64,000 bases of DNA, taken from assembly GCA_951406725.2 (NCBI GenBank), contig OX597816.1:139314001-139378000 (forward strand), given 5' to 3'. The notes under the pieces were generated by a model. It was not told the DNA's origin. It searched no databases and was given only the letters and a program-made list of their open reading frames with translations. This DNA is from Octopus vulgaris. Lineage: Eukaryota. This document shows positions 53,288-64,000 of the stretch, piece by piece; position 1 is the stretch's first letter, and each line of letters opens with the position of its first letter. Made by a program: the position numbers and the translations under genes.

Positions 53288-53565
53288 GACGAGCTAATGT
53301 GTGTGTGTGTGTATGTGTGTGTGTGTGTTTTTGTTTGTGTGTGTGTGTTCGTTCTGTGATTGTTGCCCCCACCGCTTGACAACCAGTGTTGGTGGAGTGA
53401 ATTTGCGTCCCTGTAATTTAGCGGTTCGACAAAAGAAACCGATAGAATAAGTACCAGGATTAATAAAAAAAATAAGTACTGCGATCGATTCATTCGACTA
53501 AAAATAAACGAGGTAGTGCCCCAGCATGGTCACAGCTTAATGACTGAAGCAAGTAAAAGATTAAA
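52457..53565 (+). mobile_element. SINE family B interrupted by an RTE-derived element
   Basis: 5' part at 52457-52559. The duplicated segment and remainder lie at 53181-53565, with tail gtgccccagcatggtcacagcttaatgactgaagc. Confidence 0.85.
52560..53180 (-). mobile_element. Bipartite non-autonomous RTE derivative (5'-UTR-like part joined to the ORF 3' end), (GCCAA)n tail
   Basis: WSTLSADRVAWRQTI...EDKRQRRK and CRSHIGLISRERAC (compare CLSRIGLHSHSRRC in the RTE at 15.6 kb). Upstream ggcagcctgtctagaaggacactccgatataaaacc resembles RTE 5'-UTR motifs. Confidence 0.7.
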
Positions 53566-54034
53566 CGAAAGGGATTTTGCTAGAAACGAAATTGGGGGTT
53601 AAAATGCTTTACAGTTGCCAATGATGTTACGCTAATGGCACATCAGCGGATTAGAAGAAGCGTTCGAGTCGCAGACAAATTGTCTTGGTGATGATTTAGT
53701 TACATCGCTTAAACTACTGAGTTCAAATCCCAATGCGGGTGTCATTGTATTGCATCCTTCCGGTGTCAATAAATTAGAGCACCTGTCAAGTTCCTTCTAA
53801 AATTTCAGATCTCGAGTCAAAGAAACAATCTTAGATCACTCTATCACGCTAGCTTCAAGTTTCTCTCTGTCTGTCTGTCTGTCTCTTTCTTTCACACACA
53901 CACACACACATTCAAAATTCTTCCCCTCATTCTCTTTCTGTCTGTCTCTCTATATTTTACCTCACCCGCTTATGTCAGTCTCTCTCTCTCTCCACAACTC
54001 TGCATCCCAATTTCTATTTCTCAATGTGTTGCAA

Positions 54035-54379
54035 TCTATGTATGTATGTATGTATGTATGTATGTATGTATGTATGTATGTATGTATGTATCTGTCTGTC
54101 TGTCTGTCTGTCTGTCTCTCCGTCTTTCTATATGTCTGTCTCTCTGTCTGTCTATCTGCTTGTCTGTCTGTCTATTTGCCCCTTTTCCTGGTTTCACACG
54201 CACTCATTCATTCTCTCTCTCTCTCGTCTTCTCTCTCTCTCATCTTCTCTCTCTCTCATCTTCTCTCTCTCTCTTCTTCTCTCTCTCTCTCTCTCTATCG
54301 TCTCCTCTCTCTCTCTCTCTTTCCCACTGTCTCCTTCTATAAAAATGTCTATAAATTATTGTATACGTGCATGCGTGTG

Positions 54380-54432
<53 letters not shown>
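54035..54432. repeat. (TATG)/(TCTG)/(TC)n/(GA)n arrays
   Basis: Direct inspection. Confidence 0.95.
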
Positions 54433-54433
<1 letters not shown>

Positions 54434-55099
54434 GTGAGATTGTCTTTTACTTGGAGTGTGCAAGCTTGTATAAATGGCGGTATACTTCTGTGGGTGTATG
54501 GGATTTTCTGTGCGCATGAGTATTTAACTATATGGATATCTGGGTGTGAGCTTCTGTATGCATGCTTAGGTGTGTGCGTGTGCATGGGTGAGTGTTGTGT
54601 GCGTGTATGTGAATAACTAGGTGACTGTGTGTGCGCGTATGCATTTGTGAATGTACGTGCTTGTACTAGTGTTTGTGTGTACAAAAAGCGATGCCATATG
54701 ACACTTATTCCTAATAGATGTAGCTGAACGCCATGTTGGACGTCTGCCAAATTCCTTGCGGGATTAACCAGCAAATTAGATAGATACGTTAACGTGTTGG
54801 CAGGTTTGAACTCTTAACCCACAGGTTGTGGAAACACGTGAAGTTTGCCGTGTGCTTCACAAGTGGTGTTGAAAGTTTATAGATTATTATTGGTTGTTTC
54901 ACTCTTGAGGTGTTTAAATTCAGCTTTTGAAGTGTTGGCCAGTATCGAATATATTTACATTCTGTATTAAATGTTGAAATGTCTTTAACCTTGCTCTGAA
55001 TTCCAACAGATTGTTCACAACTGAGTCGAACATTTAAGAACGTGTTAAGGTTGTGCACTTGGATAGCTTTGACGACATTTTTCAGAGATTTTCACGTTT

Positions 55100-55532
55100 T
55101 ACTTTCACTTGTCTGCGGCTATGCTGGGTCACCAGTTGAACAAATCGCCACCTCCACCCCCAGTACTTAATCTTTTAAAGTCTGGTTTTATTTTCTCGGA
55201 TACGTTTTCCGAACTGCTAAGTTACGAGGAAATAAACAACAAACCAATTCCGGTTGTCAGACTGTGATGGGAAGCAAATACATACATAAACACAAACACA
55301 TACGCGCGGGCGCACATATTTATGTATATATTGTAAATCACGTGATCACATGACCGACCAGAATATAAGATGTTGTTAGTCATCGCTGGTCACAGTATAC
55401 TTTCATTCATTCTAACCTTCGAATAACAGCACCGAGGCTATAGTAGAAGACACTTGCCCAAGGTCTCACGCAGTGGCACTGAACTCGGAACCATGTGGTT
55501 GGTAAGCAAGCTTCTTACTACATAGCCACTTT
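55100..55532 (-). mobile_element. SINE-B pieces with an intervening SINE-C-type tail
   Basis: Tail at 55100-55290 and head at 55432-55532; 55330-55432 resembles 5165-5270. Confidence 0.7.
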
Positions 55533-55637
55533 ACCGAGAGTTGTTGTCCCTGTGGTATAGATATTTTATTAGCGGTACTCTATTAGTGAAGCATTTTATG
55601 TTGTCTTTAATAGAAAATATATTCAGTAGCTGATATA

Positions 55638-56886
55638 TTGGGTTGGCAACAAAATTCCCGCCGTTTTTTAAAAATTTTGGAATCTATTTTTTTGAGAATT
55701 CTATTTTTGAATCATTTTGGAATCTATTTTGTTTTTTCTTTTTCTCTAGTTAATTTTAGTTAATTTTTGTTTATTTTCAGATCATTAAAATGGAATGTCA
55801 AGTAAGAAAAACGAGCATTTTTGACACTCCCTTCTTTTTGCTTTTAATCAAGGTTCTAAGGCCACAAATGCTGCTCGCGACATTTGTGCTGTGTATAGAG
55901 AGGGTGCCATAGCTGAAAGAACTGCTCATGATTGGTATGCCAAGTTCAAAAATGGGAATTTTGACCTCAAACACGCTTCCTCGTTCTGGCCGTCAAGTTG
56001 AGTTCGATGAAGAGCGATTAAACCAACTTTTGCTCGAAAATCCTCGTCAAACGACAAGGGAACTGGCAGAGAAAATGGAATGCCCCCACACTGCTATAGA
56101 GAAACATCTTCACTCGATGGAATAATTTCAGAAGTAAGGAGCATGGGTTCCGCATGCTTCAAGTGACAACAACAAAAACCACGATCCACAATCTCCGCTG
56201 GTTTGCTTGCTCGTCACCGCTCAACTCATGGACACAAGTAACGATTTCTTTACCGAATCGTTACTGGCGACGAAAAAATGGTGCCTGTACATCAATATGA
56301 AGCAGCGTAAGGAATGGCTTAGCCCCGGTAAACAAGCGACACTGCGCGTGAAACAAGAACTTCATCCGCATAAAACGATGTTGTGCGTATGGTGGGACTG
56401 GGAAGGGATCATCCATTACGAATTGCTTGAACGGAACCAAACGATCAACGCGGAACTCTATGTTCAACAGATGAAACGACTAAACACGGCTATTCAAGAG
56501 AAAAGACCTAATCGACAGCATAGAGTTATTCTGCTGCACGACAACGCCTGCCTTCACATCGACATGGCTGGGAAGTGCTACCACACCCGCCATACTCTCA
56601 TGATTTGGCAGCAACATATTTCCACCTCTTTCGATCTCATTCAAATGCTATGCGCGGAGATTCGTTCAATACCGATGCAAAATTGAGAGCTTGGGTGGAT
56701 CAATTTTTCGAGTCGAAATCGAGTGATTTCTACCAACAAGATATTGAAAATCTTGTTGAACGTTGGGAAGAAGTTGTAAACAACAAGGATTGAATTCATT
56801 ATTGATTAATTATTTGTTATTTTTTATTAAATCTTTAAAAAAAAATTAAATTAAAAAAAACGGCGGGAACTTATTTGCCAACCTAA
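55638..56886 (+). mobile_element. Near full-length decayed mariner (DD34D)
   Basis: TIRs ttgggttggcaacaaaattcccgccgtttttt / aaaaaacggcgggaacttatttgccaacctaa. RSGRQVEFD, WVPH, VTGDEK, MLCVWWDWEG, LHDNA and HPPYSHDLA motifs, with stops and frameshifts. Confidence 0.93.
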
Positions 56887-57036
56887 TTTTGCAGTATATA
56901 TGTTCCATTTAACACATATATGAGTTGGTGTGTGCGCATGTATGTATGTATGTATGTATGTATGTATGTATGTATGTATGTATGTATGTATGTATGTATG
57001 TATGTATGTATGTATGTATGTATGTATCTATGTATG

Positions 57037-57094
<58 letters not shown>

Positions 57095-57095
57095 A

Positions 57096-57160
57096 AGGCG
57101 GTACTCCAGCATGGCCGCAGTCAAAATGACTGAAACAAGTAAAAGAATAAAAGAAAAGAA
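57096..57160 (+). mobile_element. Isolated SINE-B/CR1-type 3' tail
   Basis: aggcggtactccagcatggccgcagtcaaaatgactgaaacaagtaaaaga. Confidence 0.85.
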
Positions 57161-57289
57161 AGAATATATATATATATGAGTGTAGGTCCCGGGTTGAGTC
57201 GGGGTTAACCACAGTAAATAAGGTACTCAATACATAGCAGAGTAAATTAATTTATTTTATAGAAGGAGCTTCTACAGGACTAGAACTGT

Positions 57290-57338
57290 GCTTCCTGATG
57301 ATTTCATTTGAATGAAACAGTACTAGTCCTGTAGAAGC
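57290..57338 (+). ncRNA. Minimal type-I hammerhead ribozyme motif within a Penelope-like inverted repeat (57178-57349)
   Basis: GCTTC-CTGATGA-tttcatttgaat-GAAA-CAG-tactagtc-CTG-TA-GAAGC: 5-bp helix I, intact core, GUA site and palindromic ACTAGT in loop III. Helix II is weak. Confidence 0.7.
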
Positions 57339-57343
57339 TCCTT

Positions 57344-57446
<103 letters not shown>

Positions 57447-58035
57447 CTGTTCTGCTATTGGTGGAATCATCAAGGAAGTTCTCCATTAGTGAGCGATAAA
57501 TGTAATTTAATATATACATTTGGCTTTTACTACCCTCTCCCTCTGTTCTGTTGTTTTCGAAAATGACTAGCCATGTCGTATATTTGAATATGAAAGATTG
57601 CTTGGAAACACACAGCTTGATATATACGCATGCCAGTTTATTGCCTTTCACAGTATGAATCTAATAGTAGCTCGTATCTAAATATTGTGGATGTTAACTG
57701 GTATATATACATAATAGAAATATGTTTCAAAAAGAAAATAGAAACTACACGTGGAAAAAATATGGGGAAAGTAAGAAGAAAAAAAGCTAAAATGCACATT
57801 AAATATAAAATAAAGGGGTTTTTTTATGAAAAGTAGCGATAAATAAATACAATTAGATGGACTGAGGTAGAATTAAGGGGAATTAAATTCATTATTTTTG
57901 AATAGTTAAAGAGATTCAAAATCAAACTGGCGTCGTCATTGCTGCTCACTGGCTTTGAATATACATACATACACACACACACACACATATATATATGTAT
58001 ATATATATGTGTGTGTGTGTATACATATATATACG

Positions 58036-58073
<38 letters not shown>

Positions 58074-58146
58074 GATAGATAGGCAGATAGGTAGATAGAT
58101 ATGTGTGTATATTTATGCGTGTGCGTTTGTGCGTGTACGTGAGTGT

Positions 58147-58196
<50 letters not shown>

Positions 58197-58656
58197 CAGA
58201 CAAATATGGAGATATGCAACATAAATTGTTGACTTATTAAAACCATTTCTGCCTCTACCAAATGACGAATAAAACCAGCTCCGTATGAGATATGGAGAAG
58301 GACAGGCTTTTTGTTTGGAGATAAACCTTTGGGACATGCTTTCTGCCTGTATAGGCGTTAATAGCACAACAATTGTTCAGCTTTTCTTCCTGTGGCCAAA
58401 GAACTTAGACTTTTACAAAAATATGATGAAACTAATTTTTTCGTTTGTGTTTATGTGTGTTTGTGAGTGTGTGTGTGTGTTTGTGTTGGTGTGTGCGTGT
58501 GTGTTTGTGTCTTTGTGGCTTGCGAGTGTATGTTACGCGCACGGAAACACACATGGACTCGTACACACGCCCGTTTGCACAGTGGAGATATATGAAAACG
58601 TGTGGTCGTCTATGTTTGTGCGGTCGGTGTCCGTGTGCTTGGATGCGTGCCCGCAT

Positions 58657-58698
<42 letters not shown>

Positions 58699-59174
58699 AT
58701 GCGCGTGTGTCTATGAATGTACGTGTATGATTGTATGTACTACCGCGTGCTCACGTGAGAGTGTGTATATGCATAGCGTGTGTATGTTGAGCATCATAAC
58801 ATAAAGGGGCCACTCTTTAACTTTCGGCTCCTATCATCAGTTCCTGACGAGAAAGACGAGGAGTCATTTAACGGATGATTGTGTTGTAGTCAGTAGAAAT
58901 GATGTAAATTCAACTATTAAGGGGAGTGGCAGGCGATAATTATGTCTACAGTGTCACGTGTCAGTGGAACTCATTTGTCATTGGAAGAAAAGTTAACATG
59001 GTCACGTTCGTACACAACTTAAGTCACATGCATTTTATACGTAAATATATTCAAACACATATACGAATATACAAGAAACAAATACACACACGTACGCACA
59101 TATGTTATACTAACACGTAGAATACACAAACACATCTGCCGTTCTTGTGAATTTTTCTTGTTTTCCTCCACCTA

Positions 59175-59270
<96 letters not shown>

Positions 59271-59271
59271 G

Positions 59272-59324
<53 letters not shown>

Positions 59325-59973
59325 ACAAAGGCGTTCTATAGAGGATTAGTGGAAGGGAGGTTTGACAACGTTCTCGGGCAGAATCTGAGCGTCGACGAGG
59401 AACACCTGAACCGCCTGTTCAGGACAACTTTCGGGCCGGGGCCTATGGACAATCACCAAAGATCCCTGGCCTGGCAGTGATATCGAGAAGCATTACCTGT
59501 TCGGGATAAGCTCTACAGGCACGGTTCGAGACACACTGGATCGACTTGCCCGAGATACGGCTAGAGCGACGAAACCGTTCTGCACGCACCCGTTCAGTGT
59601 CCAACCATTTCGGACCTGTGGGCTTATTCCGATCGGCTGCTGTCACGTGTGGGACGAGTCCGCCTGTCGGCTGAGTCTATCGTGAAAGTTGCTCCGCCAC
59701 CTTCCCTCAACCGAGAAGGTAAGACAGTTTTCATCATACTGGTGGCAATGGCGAAAGAATGTGTGTGGTGGACTCGAGCGAAAGGATTAGAGACAAACAC
59801 TTACGTCTCTGGCCAATCGCTCATCAACTTTTTCAAGTACCACTTGAAAAGGAAGGGGAGAATGGAGAGGCAGGTTTTGTCTCGTGAAAATTTCAAAAAA
59901 AGGTGGGTGAATGTAGCAAATATAGTGCGTACGAGTGACGAAACCACTTTGAGCATGACCCTGTAAATCGTAA

Positions 59974-60050
<77 letters not shown>

Positions 60051-60334
60051 TTTGCTCTCATGTGTTTATCTCTTCCCTGCCTGAGGTTAACGAGGTCTTT
60101 TTTGTAGGCTTTTCTTTCCACGGATGAACCTAATCTTGTTTCTTACCTTTCAAAAAAATTTCTTTTTGTGATGCACGGTCCTTTTTAATTGCTGTTTTTT
60201 TTCCGATCCCGTTTGATCGGAATTTTACATTTGTTTCATTTTTTTTTCCCTTTTCTTTTCTATTTTCGAAAAGAAAAGTTCTACATTTGTATTTGTCCCC
60301 TCTGTGATAAGCCCTGTGTGGCCAATAAAGAAAG
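59325..60334 (+). mobile_element. L1/Tx1-clade LINE 3' fragment inserted in (TATC)n
   Basis: Manual translation RSLAWQ.YREALPVRDKLYRHG...TCPR...ETVLHAPVQCP...LW (L1-type C-terminal zinc-finger region) continues into the 59649-59966 ORF. T-rich 3' UTR ending aataaagaaag; (TATC)n on both sides. Confidence 0.8.
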
Positions 60335-60342
60335 TTATCTAC

Positions 60343-60422
<80 letters not shown>

Positions 60423-60651
60423 ATATATATATATCTATCTATCTATATGTATATATTGGCAGGGCTTACTGCTAGGGAGTCGGCCGTATGCTAGAAATAG
60501 ACCATCAACGATCAAACTACAAGGAAATTCTCTAGAGGAAAAATACAGCGAACACCAGAACCAACTTTGGCGGGCATGACATATGAAAATTTATATTAAA
60601 AACAGAATTAAATGCATATTAAAATTAATATTAATTTATCTCCCTCATTAT

Positions 60652-60685
<34 letters not shown>

Positions 60686-60688
<3 letters not shown>

Positions 60689-61027
60689 TAAATCCTTAAA
60701 AATATTTTAGCCCGAAGGCCGCGGCCATGCTGGGGCACCACCGCTGAATGAGCTACACTAGTTTGTGAATCCACCTCTGATACGTGGCACTTGATCAACA
60801 AGGAGTTCGATGCTGCTGCCCGCATCCGTGTCTCCTGTCGTGAGGTAGGTTCATCTGGGACTCCCAACAAGAAGAGATCCAGTTTAGTTTTAAAGAAACC
60901 CACATCCACACCATGTAAGTCTCTCAGGCATTTAGGGAGGATGTTAAAGAGCTGTGGTCCTCTGAAACCCAAGCTGTTGCAGTATCTGGACCTGTATTTT
61001 GATGGTGATGTTGGAATCCTTGATATC
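60686..61027 (-). mobile_element. CR1-like LINE 3' end
   Basis: YCNSLGFRGPQLFNILPKCLRDLHGVDVGFFKTKLDLFLLGVPDEP. 3' UTR GGTGGTGCCCCAGCATGGCCGCGGCCTTCGGGCTAAAA. Confidence 0.85.
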
Positions 61028-61045
61028 TATCAAAATTTTCCCAAG

Positions 61046-61088
61046 ACACCTGATGAAGGCTGGAGGATATATCAGCCGAAACGTTGTG
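61046..61088 (+). ncRNA. Minimal (dimer-type) hammerhead ribozyme motif in a Penelope-like fragment (61028-61140)
   Basis: CAC-CTGATGA-A-GGCTG(10 nt)CAGCC-GAAAC-GTT-GTG: perfect 5-bp helix II, with palindromic AACGTT replacing helix III. Confidence 0.7.
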
Positions 61089-61223
61089 ATAACAACAAAC
61101 AAGATGAAGACAAATAACCGTCAAATTTAAATAATGTATATTTATTACATACATATAAGAGGTATGACAACTACGTAGACATCCATTATGCTAAAAGTAG
61201 ATCTACTATGGTCTTACTAGAAT

Positions 61224-61282
<59 letters not shown>

Positions 61283-61572
61283 GATATATATGTATGTATG
61301 AACGTATGTATGTATACACGTATGTATGCATGGATGTATGCATGTATGCACGTATTTATGTATGCATGTATGTATGCACCTATGTATGTATGTATCACAA
61401 GTACATCAACAAAAAACACACAAACGTATAAGAATATAATTTCTTGCTCATTATCGTTGACGACGATACGAAACGGGGTCTCGGGAGAGTGAAATCCCAG
61501 CTGGAAATAAATGAAATAAATTCTACTATATGTATCAAGTCCTTATAAATCGAAAGCATGTGTGTGTGTGTG

Positions 61573-61678
<106 letters not shown>

Positions 61679-62866
61679 GCATGTCCACAATCCAATGACT
61701 GAAACAAGTAGAGTAAAAGTGAGCAAAAGATTAAATGAAAGAAGGAAACAATCGTAAGATTAGGATCATTCAGATCCTGCGAAGGTTTCCTACGAGATAT
61801 CGATAGATCTAACGATAATTCTGACAAAGTGAATAAATTACAGCTCACTCATATCTCTGCTTCTCTAATACTCTTGAACAAATGTATTTACACCGAATGG
61901 TGAGGAAACTGATATGAATTCGAGTTACGTCTCTTCGTTGACTACTCCGCGACTTCGCGGCATAGATTTTATGCTTCGTTTTATTTACAAGCATTAACAC
62001 GTACTCTCTGTTCGATCTTAGTTTAAGCAACAATATAATTCAACTATAAATATAATTTACCATGAATACATCATAAAATCATTATATATTTATAAAATAA
62101 TATGAAAAAAAAAAGATAATATGAAAACTAAGCTTGTCTCTCTCATTGTTCATTTTACGGGTCAAAGAATATATTCTATCAAGCTATATAAGAAACAGCA
62201 TAACTTGCCTGGATAATAGTTAAATACAAAGTTCAACTGTATTTGTTGTCATGTTTTCGTTATATTTTCATTTTTCCATCGTAATTCTTTCCTTTTAGCT
62301 TTTTATTCTTTCTTCTATTTTGCTACTATACTCGTTAACACCATCGTTGTTCTCAACCTGCCCTATTCTTTAACTGCCTTTAGAAAAAAACATCATCAAT
62401 TGTTTTCCTCAAAAAGATTTCTAATTCAACGACTGTAATGGTGTAATCATTTATTAATATTTCCGGTAATAATTATATTACACAGATGAGTGATAACTAA
62501 CTCTTCCACATGTAAAACTTAGCAATATATTCTCTTCAAACCTTCGACTTTACAGCGTAAAGAACCAGGATAGTTTTATTTAATACATATCCTTTTTACT
62601 TTTTGTTTTATTGTGAAACTGAAGTAGTAGCCATGATGCGAAAACTGCCTTATATAAAATATATAATTCTAGCAATAATTCATTTATCCAACAAAACAAC
62701 AACAAACAAAAAATAATAAACCGAATTAAAAGATGAAATGAAAAAGAATTATGTAGAAGAACACTCATGTACCAAGAACACTGCATTTATCTATAAAGCC
62801 TCATTTATCAAAACAAGTAGTGCATTTATCAAATACGTTTACACACTGACGTACATAAAGACTCAT

Positions 62867-62926
<60 letters not shown>

Positions 62927-62963
62927 ACACGTACGCACACACACACACAAATATACATATACG

Positions 62964-63000
<37 letters not shown>

Positions 63001-63530
63001 GTACATCAAAAACAGCTTCACTTAAGAACTCTGATTCTCAGAAACCATTCATTCTGTGGAACAACTTATGATCTTTCTGTAAAGATTCTCATAACAAATT
63101 ACTTTTAATTATTGCCAAATATTCTGTCTGTTCCTGCTTTTATTTCAAATGCTTCAATACATTTCGGACAACAACACTAATAGCAACAACAATAAATGGG
63201 AGGTGATGTAAAAGAAAAAGAGAGAAAAAAATGTATATATATAAATGAAGAAAAAAGAGGGAGAGAGAGTGAAAGAGAAAGAGAGAAATGAACAGAAGTG
63301 TGGAATTAACGAGAATAAAAAGAAATAATCTTGTTGTCTTCGACTCCTGTGGAATGGTAAACTTAATCTAGGGTTTGCTTGAAACGATAAAACTTCAGTG
63401 ATAGTATTATAATTATGTTTATGATATAAGACGAGATTTAGAAGAAAATGGCGGTGGTAATTGTGAGTGCAATAGATGTATTGTTGTGACGAAGGGACAG
63501 GGGATGGAAGGATAGTTAGTATGATGATAG

Positions 63531-63752
63531 AGAAGAAGAAGAAGAAGAAGAAGAAGAAGAAGAAGAAGAAGAAGAAGAAGAAGAAGAAGAAGAAGAAGAA
63601 GAAGAAGAAGAAGAAGAAGAAGAAGAAGAAGAAGAAGAAGAAGAAGAAGAAGAAGAAGAAGAAGAAGAAGACAATGATGGTGGTGATGATGGTGATGATG
63701 ACGACGATGATGATGAAGAAGAAGAGTAAGTGAGTGAGTGAGTGAGTGAGTG
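63531..63752. repeat. Pure (AAG)n tract of about 140 bp plus (GAT)n and (GTGA)n
   Basis: Direct inspection; source of the poly-K and poly-S pseudo-ORFs. Confidence 0.97.
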
Positions 63753-64000
63753 AAACGAAAGACCTATCTGATAAATACGATTAGCAGAGTAAGTGAAGTT
63801 TATCAAAACCAGCGCCATTTTGGCGCGTCTATGTTGTATAAGCAATAAATAAAAACATAACGAGAGAATATGTGTGCAACGTTGCTTCCGTAATCAGTCA
63901 TGCCTAAAGATTTGAAAGAATGATGAGGGGTTATTGAACGTATGACCGAAAAAATAGATATATGTGCTGGATAATGTATCTTATTCACCACTCGCTGCGC

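Noticed and set aside
54826-54862. Possible pre-miRNA hairpin
   Set aside because: The stem is too short and mismatched, and I recognised no known mature miRNA.
55000-55056. Possible internal exon (ttccaacag acceptor)
   Set aside because: The donor is weak, two frames are closed, and there is no homology or partner exon.
63476-63845. Poly-Lys and poly-Ser ORFs
   Set aside because: They are translations of the (AAG)n microsatellite.

Overview
AT-rich animal non-coding DNA, extremely rich in microsatellites and made mostly of transposable-element debris. The repeat landscape (very long di-, tri- and tetranucleotide runs, abundant tRNA-derived SINEs, TTAGGG-type repeats) suggests a coleoid cephalopod such as Octopus; this is an inference. 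No host protein-coding gene is supported, and nearly all tracked ORFs are microsatellite artefacts. Real protein homology is confined to decayed TEs: a 5'-truncated RTE/BovB LINE (13.0-15.8 kb), CR1-like and L1/Tx1 LINE fragments, Penelope-like remnants (GIY-YIG plus hammerhead ribozyme motifs), several Tc1/mariner elements, a hAT transposase split over 4.7 kb, Helitron pieces and MITEs. There are three SINE families, labelled A, B and C here. Main observations: (1) SINE-A and SINE-B share an internal module but have different 3' tails. SINE-A's tail matches a Tx1/L1-type LINE end and SINE-B's matches CR1-like LINE ends, both present in the window, with covarying hairpins. (2) Three retroinsertions have 51 to about 80 bp flanking duplications. 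(3) A GGATC-terminated DNA-transposon family with 8-bp TSDs occurs both as a telomere-repeat-carrying MITE and as a 1.35-kb foldback. (4) Minimal hammerhead ribozyme motifs occur at four loci. (5) There is a perfect 129-bp inverted duplication. (6) Some unique-sequence islands are dense in TF motifs. All alignments were done by eye, and degraded boundaries are approximate.
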